Assembly (NCBI GenBank): GCA_034190305.1
Contig: JAXHSV010000001.1
Span: 1 to 56,191 of the forward strand
Length of the DNA stretch: 56,191 nt
Direction of reading: 5' to 3'
Source: Planctomycetota bacterium
Lineage (GTDB): Bacteria; Planctomycetota; Phycisphaerae; SM23-33
Part shown: one piece after another, positions 26,967-36,258 of the stretch
Layout of the letters: every line of letters starts with the position of its first letter
Numbering within the stretch: position 1 is the first letter of the stretch
The notes under the pieces: generated by a model
Databases searched by the model: none
What the model was told of the DNA's origin: nothing
Seen by the model: only the letters and a program-made list of their open reading frames with translations
Translations under genes and position numbers: made by a program

Positions 26967-27716
26967 TCAGTTATCCGATACGATAGTTCCTGCGTTTTCA
27001 CCGGCGACGGCTGCGGCTAGGTTGCCCGGCTTGTCCATACGAAAAACGATAATCGGTATTGCCGCCTCCATGCACATCGAGACGGCAGACAGGTCCATCA
27101 CGCCCAACCGTCGGGCCAACACCTCGTCATAGGTTATGCGGTCGAACTTTTTTGCTTCCGGGTTGTCGGCTGGGTCGGAATCGAACACGCCATCGACCTT
27201 TGTAGCCTTCATCAGGACTTCAGCGCCGATTTCGCCCGCCCGCAATGCCGCACATGTATCGGTCGTGAAGAACGGGTTTCCCGTCCCGCCGGCGAGGATG
27301 ACGATCCGCCCGGCTTCCAGGTGCTCTATTGCCCGGCTGCGGGTGAACGGCTCACAGACATCGGCGGTAGGCCTGGCAGACATGACGCTCACTTTCACTC
27401 CGCGCCCGGACGGGTGGCCGTATTGCCGACCGGCCAGGGCGTCACCCAGAGCAAGGGCGTTCATTACCGTCGCCAGCATTCCCATCGCGTCGGCGGTCGG
27501 GCGGGCGATCAGGCCTGCTTCGGCGAGACTCCTGCCGCGAAAAATATTCCCGCCTCCGACGACAAGCCCAATCTGCACACCCATCTGACGGACCGGCAGC
27601 AACTCGGTAATGAAGGCCTCCAGCGCCGAAGGATCGATACCGAATCCGCCGGAGCCGCAAAACGCCTCCCCGGAAACCTTTATCAACACGCGATGATATG
27701 CCGCCTTGGGAATCAT
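26967..27716 (-). CDS. pyrH: UMP kinase
   Basis: YHRVLIKVSGEAF, VVGGGNIFRG, ILAGGTGNPFFTTDT. Confidence 0.92.
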   Translation of the reverse strand: MIPKAAYHRVLIKVSGEAFCGSGGFGIDPSALEAFITELLPVRQMGVQIGLVVGGGNIFRGRSLAEAGLIARPTADAMGMLATVMNALALGDALAGRQYGHPSGRGVKVSVMSARPTADVCEPFTRSRAIEHLEAGRIVILAGGTGNPFFTTDTCAALRAGEIGAEVLMKATKVDGVFDSDPADNPEAKKFDRITYDEVLARRLGVMDLSAVSMCMEAAIPIIVFRMDKPGNLAAAVAGENAGTIVSDN

Positions 27717-27740
27717 TGTTTTTCTAACAAAATAATTTTC

Positions 27741-27850
27741 GCCGCAGAGGCACAGAGAGCGCAGAGATGTAAAAAATTAGAGAAAAAATAAGAAACGAAA
27801 GTCTTTTTTTGATTCTATTTATTCTCTGCGTCCTCTGCGTCTCTGCGGCC
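27741..27850. repeat. Palindromic element, CAGAGA family (copy A3), in the tsf-pyrH spacer
   Basis: Arms GCCGCAGAGGCACAGAGAGCGCAGAGA and TCTCTGCGTCCTCTGCGTCTCTGCGGC. Confidence 0.85.
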
Positions 27851-27858
27851 AATTTTCT

Positions 27859-28650
27859 TTACTGCCCGACCTGGAACCTGGCGAAGGTCGTTATCTTCGC
27901 AGCCCCCAGGATGTCCTTTACCTTTTTCTTCTCATCTCGGACGAAGGGCTGTTCCAACAGCGAGTTTGCAGCGAGGAACTTGTTTATTTTTCCGCCGACC
28001 ATTTTCTCGGCGATCTCTTTCGGTTTACCGGACTCGATTGCCTGCTCGGTTGCGATTCTCTTTTCTTTTTCGACAAGATCTGCCGGGACGTCGTCTTTGG
28101 TAAGCCCCATCGGATTGGCGAATGCGATGTGCATACACAGGTCGCTGAGGGTCTGGCTGTCGATTTCGCCGTCGATCCCCACCAATACACCGACTTTTCC
28201 GTTGTGGTGGGTGTATGAGCCGACCTTCGGCGCAGAGACCTTTACGCCTCGGACATATCGCATGTTCTCGCCGATCTTGTTGAAGCAGTCCTGGACGGCG
28301 GCGGTTATTTCATCTGTGGCCTGTATCTCGCCGTCGCCTTCTGCGCCGACGGCAAGGGCGGCGACATTTCCGACCATCGCCCTGAATTCGTCGTTGCGGG
28401 CGCAGAAATCCGTCTCGCAGACAACTTCGACCATGGCGGCCGAGCCGTTGGCTTGCCGGATGGCTACGAGTCCTTCTGCCGCTGTGCGGGCCGCCTTTGT
28501 TTCGGCGGCAGCCATTCCTTTCTTACGCAGCAGTTCAACGGCGGCTTCGACGTCTCCGCCGGTTTCCGCCAGCGCCTTTTTGCAGTCCATCATGCCCTGC
28601 CCGGTTTCGTCCCGCAGAGCCTTTACCATCTTCGCAGTAATTTCAGCCAT
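27859..28650 (-). CDS. tsf: Translation elongation factor Ts
   Basis: MAEITAKMVKALRDETGQGMMDCKKALAETGGDVEAAVELLRKKG. Confidence 0.92.
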   Translation of the reverse strand: MAEITAKMVKALRDETGQGMMDCKKALAETGGDVEAAVELLRKKGMAAAETKAARTAAEGLVAIRQANGSAAMVEVVCETDFCARNDEFRAMVGNVAALAVGAEGDGEIQATDEITAAVQDCFNKIGENMRYVRGVKVSAPKVGSYTHHNGKVGVLVGIDGEIDSQTLSDLCMHIAFANPMGLTKDDVPADLVEKEKRIATEQAIESGKPKEIAEKMVGGKINKFLAANSLLEQPFVRDEKKKVKDILGAAKITTFARFQVGQ

Positions 28651-28722
28651 GATTGTTCTCGTCGTTGTACATGGTCCATCCGAAGGGGCGGACCGTTGGT
28701 TAGAGAAACGATTAATCGCCTG

Positions 28723-29553
28723 TCAGGCGGATGCACTTTCGTTATCTTCAGTAGCCTGGGTTTCCGGAACCTTTGGTTCGACGGTTTCGGCAGGCGCGGG
28801 GGGTTCCGAAGCGGCAGGTTCTGAAACGGCAGGCTCCGAAGCGGCGGGTTGAACTTCGGTCTTGTCTGTCCGCCCGGCTTTGCCTAGCTCGATTGCGTCG
28901 CAGATTTCCTTTGTTACCAGCGTAATCGCCCGCATTGCATCGTCGTTTCCGGGGATGGGAATATCAACCATATCCGGATCGCTGTCGGTGTCTATCAGAG
29001 CCACTGTCGGGATTCCCAGTTTCCGCGCCTCCCGAAGCGCAATGGCCTCCCGACTGGCATCGATGACAAATACCGCCCCAGGGAGACGATTCATGTTCCG
29101 GACGCCTTCGAGGTTCCGTTTTATCTTGCGCATTTCCCGCCGAAGGCGAGCATCTTCCTTTTTACTGCGCTGCGCCATCAGGCCTTCGGCGTCAAGTTGT
29201 TCGAGTTTCTCCAGCCTCGTAAGGCGCGAACGGATAGTCTGTAAATTCGTCAGCGTTCCGCCCAGCCACCGTTCGTTCACATAGTGCATGCCAATCCGCA
29301 GCGCGCCGGATTCGACGCTTTTTCGCGCCTGACGCTTTGTGCCGACCAGCAGCACTTCCTTTCCTTCGCCGGCAAGACGGGTTAAAAACTTCTTCGCCGC
29401 AAGCAGGCCCTTTAGCGTCTCCTTCGGGTCGATGATGTGGATGGAATTACGCTTTGTCAGGATGTAAGGCTTCATCTTCGGGTTCCATCGGCTGACACGA
29501 TGCCCGAAGTGAATTCCGGCGTCAATCAGATTACGAATTATATTTTCCGTCAA
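28723..29553 (-). CDS. rpsB: 30S ribosomal protein S2 with a Pro/Ala/Glu-rich C-terminal extension
   Basis: LIDAGIHFGHRVSRWNPKMKPYI and GTKRQA. The tail is QPAASEPAVSEPAASEPPAPAE. Confidence 0.92.
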   Translation of the reverse strand: MTENIIRNLIDAGIHFGHRVSRWNPKMKPYILTKRNSIHIIDPKETLKGLLAAKKFLTRLAGEGKEVLLVGTKRQARKSVESGALRIGMHYVNERWLGGTLTNLQTIRSRLTRLEKLEQLDAEGLMAQRSKKEDARLRREMRKIKRNLEGVRNMNRLPGAVFVIDASREAIALREARKLGIPTVALIDTDSDPDMVDIPIPGNDDAMRAITLVTKEICDAIELGKAGRTDKTEVQPAASEPAVSEPAASEPPAPAETVEPKVPETQATEDNESASA

Positions 29554-29743
29554 TATACACCTCCCCTGCGCTCCGTTATTAATTCATATCGGAAGCGGGT
29601 AGATTTTCAGGCCCCTGGCCTGTTACAAGTTAGTACGGTGCGCCACATAGACTGCACCGACATGTCTTCAAAGACAGGTAACATAGGTTTATACTTGCCC
29701 GACGTCAAGAGTTTTTATTCTTATTGAAGGTTGCCTTGTGAGA

Positions 29744-29860
29744 TCTAAGCGGTCTCATGTAAGTCTTTTGGGGTGGAACAGCCTTTCCAGGCTGTATCGT
29801 CGTGAAGAACAGGCAAGAATGCCTGTTCCACCATGCAGAACTTATGTAAGACCGCTTAGA
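29744..29860. repeat. Nested composite palindrome in the long rpsB-upstream intergenic region
   Basis: Outer stem TCTAAGCGGTCT/AGACCGCTTAGA. Inner stem GGTGGAACAG/CTGTTCCACC. Local hairpins ACAGCCT-TTCC-AGGCTGT and GAACAGGCA-AGAA-TGCCTGTTC. Confidence 0.7.
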
Positions 29861-30146
29861 GGAGCGGATGCGTTGCACCCAATCGCAAAGAAATGCTTTC
29901 CACTGTTCGCGACCCTAAGAAAAGTTGATTATGATATTTTCTCAGTCAAGACACAAAACTACGCACCTGCCACTTAAGCAGATTCCGGCAGGCCCAGCCA
30001 GCCGGTTACGACAGTTTTGACAGGCTCGCTCACCCGCGACTAGTAGCTAACATGCTGCCAGTAAAGACGTTAGCAATAGCGGCATCAGAGTTGCTAAAGT
30101 TTGAGTAGTCGGAGTGTATATCCACTGCGATTAGGCGAGCAGAATA

Positions 30147-30581
30147 ATGGTTGCTCACGCATTACATAATAATCGTAATAATCGTTCAGGCCCGTTCGGC
30201 CTGGTGGTCAGCGGCGAGGCCGGTGAGTTTGCCGACGCCTTGTCCCTGATCGTAGGTCCGCGCTGGCTGGAAACCTACAAGGTCGATTCCGACGGCGAGG
30301 TAATACACCTTGTTCAGGCGGGCCTGATCGATGCGGTCGTGCTGGATGAAGCCGTCGCGGAAATCGACGTCCTTGCGCTGTTGCGTATGATACGCTTTTT
30401 GAACGAGTCCTTACTGGTGGTGCTTCTGGCGACGCGAGTCGATCGGCGGCGCCTCGCTGAAGCGCTGAGACTGGCTGCTTTCAGCGTCATCACGAAGCCG
30501 CTTGGGCTGGAAGAATTACTGGCGCAGATTCACCGGATGATGGTTCGCTTAGAGACCACCATCCGAACAGACAGATTGTAA
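30147..30581 (+). CDS. Stand-alone receiver (REC)-like domain protein with an atypical acidic pocket
   Basis: VVLDEAV (phospho-acceptor Asp position), VVLLAT (Thr) and ITKP (Lys) are conserved. The N-terminal DD pair is replaced by SGE. Confidence 0.55.
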   Translation: MVAHALHNNRNNRSGPFGLVVSGEAGEFADALSLIVGPRWLETYKVDSDGEVIHLVQAGLIDAVVLDEAVAEIDVLALLRMIRFLNESLLVVLLATRVDRRRLAEALRLAAFSVITKPLGLEELLAQIHRMMVRLETTIRTDRL

Positions 30582-30584
30582 ATA

Positions 30585-30656
30585 GGTAGCCGGTAGTCAG
30601 TAGTCGGTAAAGGCGGGGTGTTCTTCCCGATTACTGACTAGCGACTACTAACTACC
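30585..30656. repeat. Palindromic element, GGTAGTC/GGTAGCC heptad family (copy C3), just upstream of groES
   Basis: Arms GGTAGCCGGTAGTCAGTAGTCGGTAA and CGATTACTGACTAGCGACTACTAACTACC. Confidence 0.8.
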
Positions 30657-30677
30657 AACCAAAGAAAGGAGCAAACA

Positions 30678-31004
30678 ATGGCCAAGGCCAAGAGCAGCAG
30701 GAAAAAAGCAGCAAAGACAAAGATTCGCCCGCTGGGCGAGAAGGTTCTCATCAAGCGTCTGGAAGCGGAAACCAAGACCAGCGGAGGCATCGTACTTCCT
30801 GACACAGCCAAGGAAAAACCCCAGAAGGGCAAGGTTCTCGCACTGGGAGACGGTAAACTGCTCGACGACGGCAGCCGGGCGGATTTCCAGGTAAAGGTCG
30901 GACAGACCGTACTGTTCACTTCCTACGCCGGGACCGAAATAAAGGTCGATGGCGAAGAGGTGATGCTTATGGACGAAAGCGACATACTCGCAATTTTGGA
31001 TTAA
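30678..31004 (+). CDS. groES: Co-chaperonin GroES with a Lys-rich N-terminal extension
   Basis: IRPLGEKVLIKRLEAETKTSGGIVLPDTAKEKPQKGKVLALG, preceded by MAKAKSSRKKAAKTK. Strong AAAGGAG RBS before the ATG. Confidence 0.9.
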   Translation: MAKAKSSRKKAAKTKIRPLGEKVLIKRLEAETKTSGGIVLPDTAKEKPQKGKVLALGDGKLLDDGSRADFQVKVGQTVLFTSYAGTEIKVDGEEVMLMDESDILAILD

Positions 31005-31039
31005 TATTTTGTCAACATTGAATTCGTGAGTAAAGGATT

Positions 31040-31110
31040 GCGACACAGAAACGCAGAGGGACAAAGATAAAAAGAAATAAATCTTTTCTTTTCTCTGCGT
31101 CTCTGTGTCG
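31040..31110. repeat. Palindromic element, CAGAGA family (copy A4), inside the groES-groEL spacer
   Basis: Arms GCGACACAGAAACGCAGAGGGACAAAGA and TCTCTGCGTCTCTGTGTCG. Confidence 0.8.
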
Positions 31111-31167
31111 AAAAAAAATGTCCGAAATCACTATATCGATTCTGAAGATTAGACAGGAGCAGTAAAA

Positions 31168-32799
31168 ATGGCGAAGAAAAAAATCACGTTTGACATTGAG
31201 GCCCGCGAGGCCATCCGTCAGGGCGTAAGAAAACTCGCCCAGGCGGTTAAAGTTACACTCGGACCGACGGGGCGCGTCGTGGTGCTGGAAAAATCCTTCG
31301 GCAGCCCGACCGTTACAAAGGATGGAGTTACGGTAGCCAAGGAAATCGAACTGGAAAACCCGGAAGAGAACATGGGCGCGCAAATGGTGCGCGAGGTCGC
31401 CTCCAAGACATCCAACGTCGCCGGCGACGGTACGACGACTGCGACAATCTACGCCGAAGCAATCTTCGAGGAAGGGCTCAAAAACGTAACAGCCGGCGCA
31501 AAAGCGATGCAGTTGAAACGAGGCATCGAAAAGGCGACAGACGCAATCGTGGCTGAACTTCAGCGGATGAGCAAACCGGTGAAGCGGTCCGAGGAGATTG
31601 CGCAAGTCGGAACCTGCGCAGCCAACCAGGACGCGGAAATCGGCAGGATGATAGCCGAGGCGATGGATAAGGTCGGCAAAGACGGCGTTATAACAGTCGA
31701 AGAAGGCAAAGGCCTGGAGACCAGCGTCGAACTGGTCGAGGGTATGCAGTTCGACAAGGGCTACATCTCACCGCACTTCGTTAACAAAATGGAGACGATG
31801 GAATGCGACCTGGAGAACCCGTTCATCCTGATTAACGAGAAGAAGATTTCAAACATTAAGGACCTGGTTCCGCTTCTGGAGAAGATTGCCCAGGCCGGCA
31901 GACCGCTTCTGATAGTGGCTGAAGACGTCGAGGGCGAGGCCCTGGCGACTCTGGTGGTCAACAAACTCCGAGGCACGCTCCAGTGCTGCACGGTCAAGGC
32001 CCCCGGATTCGGCGACCGCCGAAAGGAAATGCTCCGCGACATTGCCATTTTGACCGGCGGAAACGCCGTCATGGAAGACATGGGCGTGTCGCTGGAAAGC
32101 ATCCAGATGACCGATCTCGGCTCGGCCAAGCGGGTTCGAATCGACAAGGACAACACCACAATTATCGAAGGCGGCGGAAAGACCGCCGACATAAAGGGTC
32201 GAATCGAGCAGATTAGAAACGAAATCGAAGCCACAACCTCCGACTACGACCGTGAGAAACTCGAAGAGCGCCTGGCCAAACTGGCCGGCGGGGTCGCGCA
32301 GATTAACGTCGGAGCCGCCACCGAAGTGGAGATGAAAGAGAAGAAGGCCCGCGTCGAGGACGCCCTTCACGCCTGCCGAGCGGCTGTCGAAGAAGGTATC
32401 CTGCCCGGCGGCGGCGTAGCAGTGCTGCGGGCGAGAAAGACCCTTGATAAAGTCAAATGCAGCAGCGACGACGAAGCCACCGGCGTCGATATCGTCCGCC
32501 GGTCGCTGGTGATGCCGATTAAGCAGATCGCTATCAACTCAGGGCTCGATGGTTCCATCGTTGCAGCCAAGGTCGATGAATCCGACAAGGAAAACTTCGG
32601 ATACGACGCACTGGTCGGTAAATACTGTGACCTGGTCAAGGCCGGAGTCATCGTCCCGACCAAGGTCGAGCGAACCGCGCTTCAGAACGCAGCCTCGGTT
32701 GCCGGTCTGCTTCTGACGACCGACGCGATGGTCAGTGAAATCCCGGAAAAGAAGCCGCCTATGCCCCCGGGCGGCGGCGGAATGGAAGGGATGTATTAA
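31168..32799 (+). CDS. groEL: Chaperonin GroEL
   Basis: [44 protein letters not shown], and the C-terminal [11 protein letters not shown]. Confidence 0.95.
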   Translation: MAKKKITFDIEAREAIRQGVRKLAQAVKVTLGPTGRVVVLEKSFGSPTVTKDGVTVAKEIELENPEENMGAQMVREVASKTSNVAGDGTTTATIYAEAIFEEGLKNVTAGAKAMQLKRGIEKATDAIVAELQRMSKPVKRSEEIAQVGTCAANQDAEIGRMIAEAMDKVGKDGVITVEEGKGLETSVELVEGMQFDKGYISPHFVNKMETMECDLENPFILINEKKISNIKDLVPLLEKIAQAGRPLLIVAEDVEGEALATLVVNKLRGTLQCCTVKAPGFGDRRKEMLRDIAILTGGNAVMEDMGVSLESIQMTDLGSAKRVRIDKDNTTIIEGGGKTADIKGRIEQIRNEIEATTSDYDREKLEERLAKLAGGVAQINVGAATEVEMKEKKARVEDALHACRAAVEEGILPGGGVAVLRARKTLDKVKCSSDDEATGVDIVRRSLVMPIKQIAINSGLDGSIVAAKVDESDKENFGYDALVGKYCDLVKAGVIVPTKVERTALQNAASVAGLLLTTDAMVSEIPEKKPPMPPGGGGMEGMY

Positions 32800-32861
32800 C
32801 GTAGCACGGGCGTCTCGCCCGTGAATCTGCAGGGTTTAGGTAACAGGGAGTAGGGTTTAGG

Positions 32862-32895
32862 AAGCCCAGCCATTCGAATGGCTGGGCTTTTTTTT
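32862..32895 (+). terminator. Rho-independent terminator after groEL (GCCCAGCCATT hairpin copy H2 plus a T8 run)
   Basis: AAGCCCAGCCATTCGAATGGCTGGGCTTTTTTTT. Preceded by a second hairpin, CACGGGCG-TCT-CGCCCGTG, at 32805-32823. Confidence 0.8.
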
Positions 32896-32972
32896 ACATT
32901 GCACACGAGATGCTCTATACTGCGCCGATTGTTTTCCATACCTTTAAATGGTTTTAATGGTATTTTTGATTT

Positions 32973-33725
32973 ATGCTGCCGATTGTTGTTCCAGACAATT
33001 TCAGAATAATCGCTCACAGGGGCGCCTCAGCCTACGCACCCGAAAATACGTTCGCCGCCTTCGAGTTAGCCGTCAAAATGGGGGTGCACGAGGTTGAACT
33101 CGATACACAACTGTCCACCGATGGGGAAGTCGTTCTTTGCCATGACCTGACACTGGAAAGGTACGGCCACGGGCGGCGGACTGTCGAAGAGATGGCCTGC
33201 GATGATTTGCTTTCGCTCGACATGGGATCGTGGTTCTCGCCGTTTCTCTTCGCGGGCGAGAAGATGATTACGCTTGATGCACTGTTTAACCAATATAGCG
33301 ATACGCTGACATATCATGTGGAGATAAAGGGCAAAAATCCTGCTTTGCCAGAAGCGGTTACTCGGCTTATCGGCAAGCATGGTCTGGCGAAGTCCTGTAT
33401 CATCACGTCATTTTCCTACGATGCCCTGACCAGGATAAAGCGGGCCAATCCCAGGCTTCGGCTAAGCTGGCTTGTAGATGAGATTGCTGATGACGTGCTG
33501 GTTGTTGCCAATGAGTTTGGCCTGTTTCAGATATGCCCACGTGCCGGTGTCATCGTTAACGATGCGACAAGTAAGGCGCACCGGGCTGTCCCCGAAGTAC
33601 GAGCATGGGGGCTTGGCAACAGTCCCGCCGATGCCCTCGAATTAATCCCCCGCGTCCTTGAGGCGGGATGCGATGGAATGACTATCAACTGGCCGGATTG
33701 GGTAGTACACGAATCACATCTGTAG
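32973..33725 (+). CDS. Glycerophosphodiester phosphodiesterase
   Basis: IIAHRGASAYAPENTFAAFELAV and HEVELDTQLSTDGEVVLCHD. Confidence 0.8.
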   Translation: MLPIVVPDNFRIIAHRGASAYAPENTFAAFELAVKMGVHEVELDTQLSTDGEVVLCHDLTLERYGHGRRTVEEMACDDLLSLDMGSWFSPFLFAGEKMITLDALFNQYSDTLTYHVEIKGKNPALPEAVTRLIGKHGLAKSCIITSFSYDALTRIKRANPRLRLSWLVDEIADDVLVVANEFGLFQICPRAGVIVNDATSKAHRAVPEVRAWGLGNSPADALELIPRVLEAGCDGMTINWPDWVVHESHL

Positions 33726-33728
33726 TGC

Positions 33729-34400
33729 TTACGCTGCCGCGAAGAGCGAGGGGATTGCTTCGGCGAGTCCGTCGAGCATGAACTGTACCGCCAGGGCCGC
33801 CAGGATCAGGCCCATCACGCAGGAGAACGTTACCATGGCGGTTCGCCCAAAAAGGTTCATCAACGGGATTGCCGCACGGTAGAAGATGTAAGAAATCACA
33901 CAGACCAGCAGGACAGACAGCAGAACTGCTCCCAGGTCCGCCGGCCCGGAAGCCTGGGCCGATAGGGCTAAAACACTGGACATCGCTCCCGGACCGGCCA
34001 TCATGGGAATCGCCATCGGAACGATTCCGGCGCTTCGGTCGGACTGATCAGGCGAAACACGCTCGCGCCGCCAGTGGAACTGGCGTCCCGAAAGCATCTG
34101 AAGCGCGATGACCAGCAGTATGATCCCGCCGGCGATTCGAATTGCCGGCATTGACAGGTGGAACGCCCACAGCACGGCGGTTCCGCCGACGGCAAAGACA
34201 GACAGTACGCCGGTCGCTATCAGACAAACCCTCCCCGCCAGGCGGCGGCGATGCGCCGCATCCAGCGAATGCGTAACCATAACGAAGACCGGAACGTTAC
34301 CCACCGGGTCAACGATCGCAAAAAGCATCACGAATGCACGCAGTGCGAAATTCAGTAATTCATTATCCACGGGATTCCCATAAGCCTTTGGCCCGAACAT
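33729..34400 (-). CDS. MarC/UPF0056-family integral membrane protein
   Basis: FVMLFAIVDPVGNVPVF N-terminal signature, six predicted TM segments. Confidence 0.7.
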   Translation of the reverse strand: MFGPKAYGNPVDNELLNFALRAFVMLFAIVDPVGNVPVFVMVTHSLDAAHRRRLAGRVCLIATGVLSVFAVGGTAVLWAFHLSMPAIRIAGGIILLVIALQMLSGRQFHWRRERVSPDQSDRSAGIVPMAIPMMAGPGAMSSVLALSAQASGPADLGAVLLSVLLVCVISYIFYRAAIPLMNLFGRTAMVTFSCVMGLILAALAVQFMLDGLAEAIPSLFAAA

Positions 34401-34555
34401 TCCGGGCCGGTGACGATTCTATGCTTTCACCCCGCCCGCTGACAAGGTCAAAAAATGCCTATAAATCGCGTTTTTTCGACTTGACGCACACTCACCTGGC
34501 GTGCATTATACCGGCACGTTAGTATTGGAAACCTCTTTTTGAAGGAGCGATGCAC

Positions 34556-34834
34556 ATGGCAAAAGCAATGACAAAGTCGCAGATTCTCAAGACGCTCGCG
34601 GAAGCGACAGACCTGCCGAAGAAAAAAATGGCCGAAGTCCTCGAGGCGCTGACGGACCTGGCCTATAAGGAAGCCGTGAACGGCTTTACCATTCCCGGCC
34701 TGGGCAAACTCGTGTTGCGCGACCGTAAGGCCAGGATCGGGCGTAACCCCCAGACGGGCGAGGCGATCAACATACCGGCCAAGAAGGTTTTGAAATTCCG
34801 CATAGCCAAGGCTGCCAAGGACGCCGTCCTCTAA
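34556..34834 (+). CDS. HU-family DNA-binding protein
   Basis: GFTIPGLGKLVLRDRKARIGRNPQTGEAINIPAKKVLKFR. The ATG at 34556 has better GGAG spacing than the one at 34550. Confidence 0.88.
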   Translation: MAKAMTKSQILKTLAEATDLPKKKMAEVLEALTDLAYKEAVNGFTIPGLGKLVLRDRKARIGRNPQTGEAINIPAKKVLKFRIAKAAKDAVL

Positions 34835-34874
34835 GCAACAGAGTGCCTCTCCCTGAATAATTACTACGGGTCCC

Positions 34875-34931
34875 GAAGCCCAGCCATTCGAACCGATCCC
34901 GTTGGGATGGTTGGGCTTCAAACCGTTTTTT
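34875..34931 (+). terminator. Probable terminator after the HU gene (GCCCAGCCATT hairpin copy H3 with an enlarged loop, then a T6 run)
   Basis: GAAGCCCAGCCAT...ATGGTTGGGCTTC followed by AAACCGTTTTTT. Confidence 0.55.
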
Positions 34932-34969
34932 GTGCGCCGATTCTTCCTTCCGCACATACGCCGGAGGTT

Positions 34970-35221
34970 TCATTTCGTAACGGGCTTTTTCTCTGCGGCG
35001 GGTTTGCTTTCGGGCGCCCGTTTTGTCGTGGGGATGGGTTTCCGAAACGGCAGCGCCAGTTTTTCCCGGGCGACGATTTTGCCGTCAATGCTGCGGACTA
35101 CAAGATCATACGTCAATCCGCCGGCAACCGACAGTTGCCATCGCCCGGCGAACAAACATTGTTTTCTCCACAAAAAAACAGGCGGCTGTATTCGGTTGAC
35201 CGCCTTGAGTTTAACCGTCAC
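34970..35221 (-). CDS. Small hypothetical protein with a Lys/Pro-rich tail
   Basis: 83-codon ORF with a GTG start, directly downstream of the M55 peptidase gene. No recognisable motif. Confidence 0.3.
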   Translation of the reverse strand: MTVKLKAVNRIQPPVFLWRKQCLFAGRWQLSVAGGLTYDLVVRSIDGKIVAREKLALPFRKPIPTTKRAPESKPAAEKKPVTK

Positions 35222-35244
35222 AAAAATTATTTGGGATGATGGAT

Positions 35245-36036
35245 CTAGTATATTATTTCCCGAATGTCATCGCTGCGGAAGATAACGGTCTGGCTGTCGA
35301 TTCGCTCTGCCCCGGGTGTTGCAGCGGCTCTGTCGGCGTCATCGTTGTGAAAGAATCGTTTTTCCAGAAAATACGGACTTTCCCACTTCAAAGGAGGCAC
35401 GGGGGTTTCCTTATGTTTTTTAATGGCATTGCGCACTCCTTTGCGGATTCGTCTGTGCGATTCTTCAGCCGACAGTGAAACAGCGCAATTTCGACTTAGT
35501 CCCTGCTTGACGGCGACGGTGGTGATTTCGGGGATGAGTTCCTCTGCCTCGCGGCATGCGGCTTCGTCGCCGCTGAGGAAAATCAAAGGCATGCCCGTCG
35601 CGCCCTGATACAGGGCAAACTGGGCGATTTCTCCGATCATCCTGCCATTAAGTTTGTAGTAATCGACGGTTTTGCTGTTCTGCGTATGATTCAAATTACC
35701 GTCGGCGGTCCCAGCCATGGCGTGCTGGCCTATCATCATGCACACGTCGAAGGTATCCACAACTTTGTCACGAATTTCTCTCGGGGCAAGCGGACGACCG
35801 TGCAAAAGTCTGGCAGGCGGGTGCAGGTCCTCAAATACGACTGCTCCGGGTCCATGTCCGTCGAGGATCAAAACGTCCTCGACTTCCATCTCAACCATGC
35901 CCGCAACGGCGGCGTTTATCTCGGCCGTCAGAAGTTTTCGCGCATCTTCGAAGTATTTCCCCTCAGGTGAGGTCTGGACGTAAAAAGTGCAGACTCCGGA
36001 AACGCCTTCAATATCCGTACACACATAAACTTTCAT
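35245..36036 (-). CDS. M55-family D-aminopeptidase (DppA-like)
   Basis: MKVYVCTDIEGVSGV start, LILDGHGPG, MIGQHAMAG. Confidence 0.75.
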   Translation of the reverse strand: MKVYVCTDIEGVSGVCTFYVQTSPEGKYFEDARKLLTAEINAAVAGMVEMEVEDVLILDGHGPGAVVFEDLHPPARLLHGRPLAPREIRDKVVDTFDVCMMIGQHAMAGTADGNLNHTQNSKTVDYYKLNGRMIGEIAQFALYQGATGMPLIFLSGDEAACREAEELIPEITTVAVKQGLSRNCAVSLSAEESHRRIRKGVRNAIKKHKETPVPPLKWESPYFLEKRFFHNDDADRAAATPGAERIDSQTVIFRSDDIREIIY

Positions 36037-36258
36037 AGTCCGCCCTTCCTTTGTTGAGACTCATTATCCCGTCGTATTTACCGCCAGGAAACTCAAAACT
36101 CGACAACAACTTCATAAAAATTGAATTCGTGGAAACTTCATTTTCAACGAAGAACCGTCCTGCGAAAGTTCCAGTCGTCGGGCGGGCCGGACCGACCCGC
36201 GATTCGTATGTCCTTGCATACAGTGAGCATTTTGCGGGCTGATTGGTCCGGATTACGA

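Noticed and set aside
30582-30677. CIRCE/HrcA operator upstream of groES
   Set aside because: No TTAGCACTC-N9-GAGTGCTAA-like inverted repeat is present. The only dyad there is the heptad-family palindrome.
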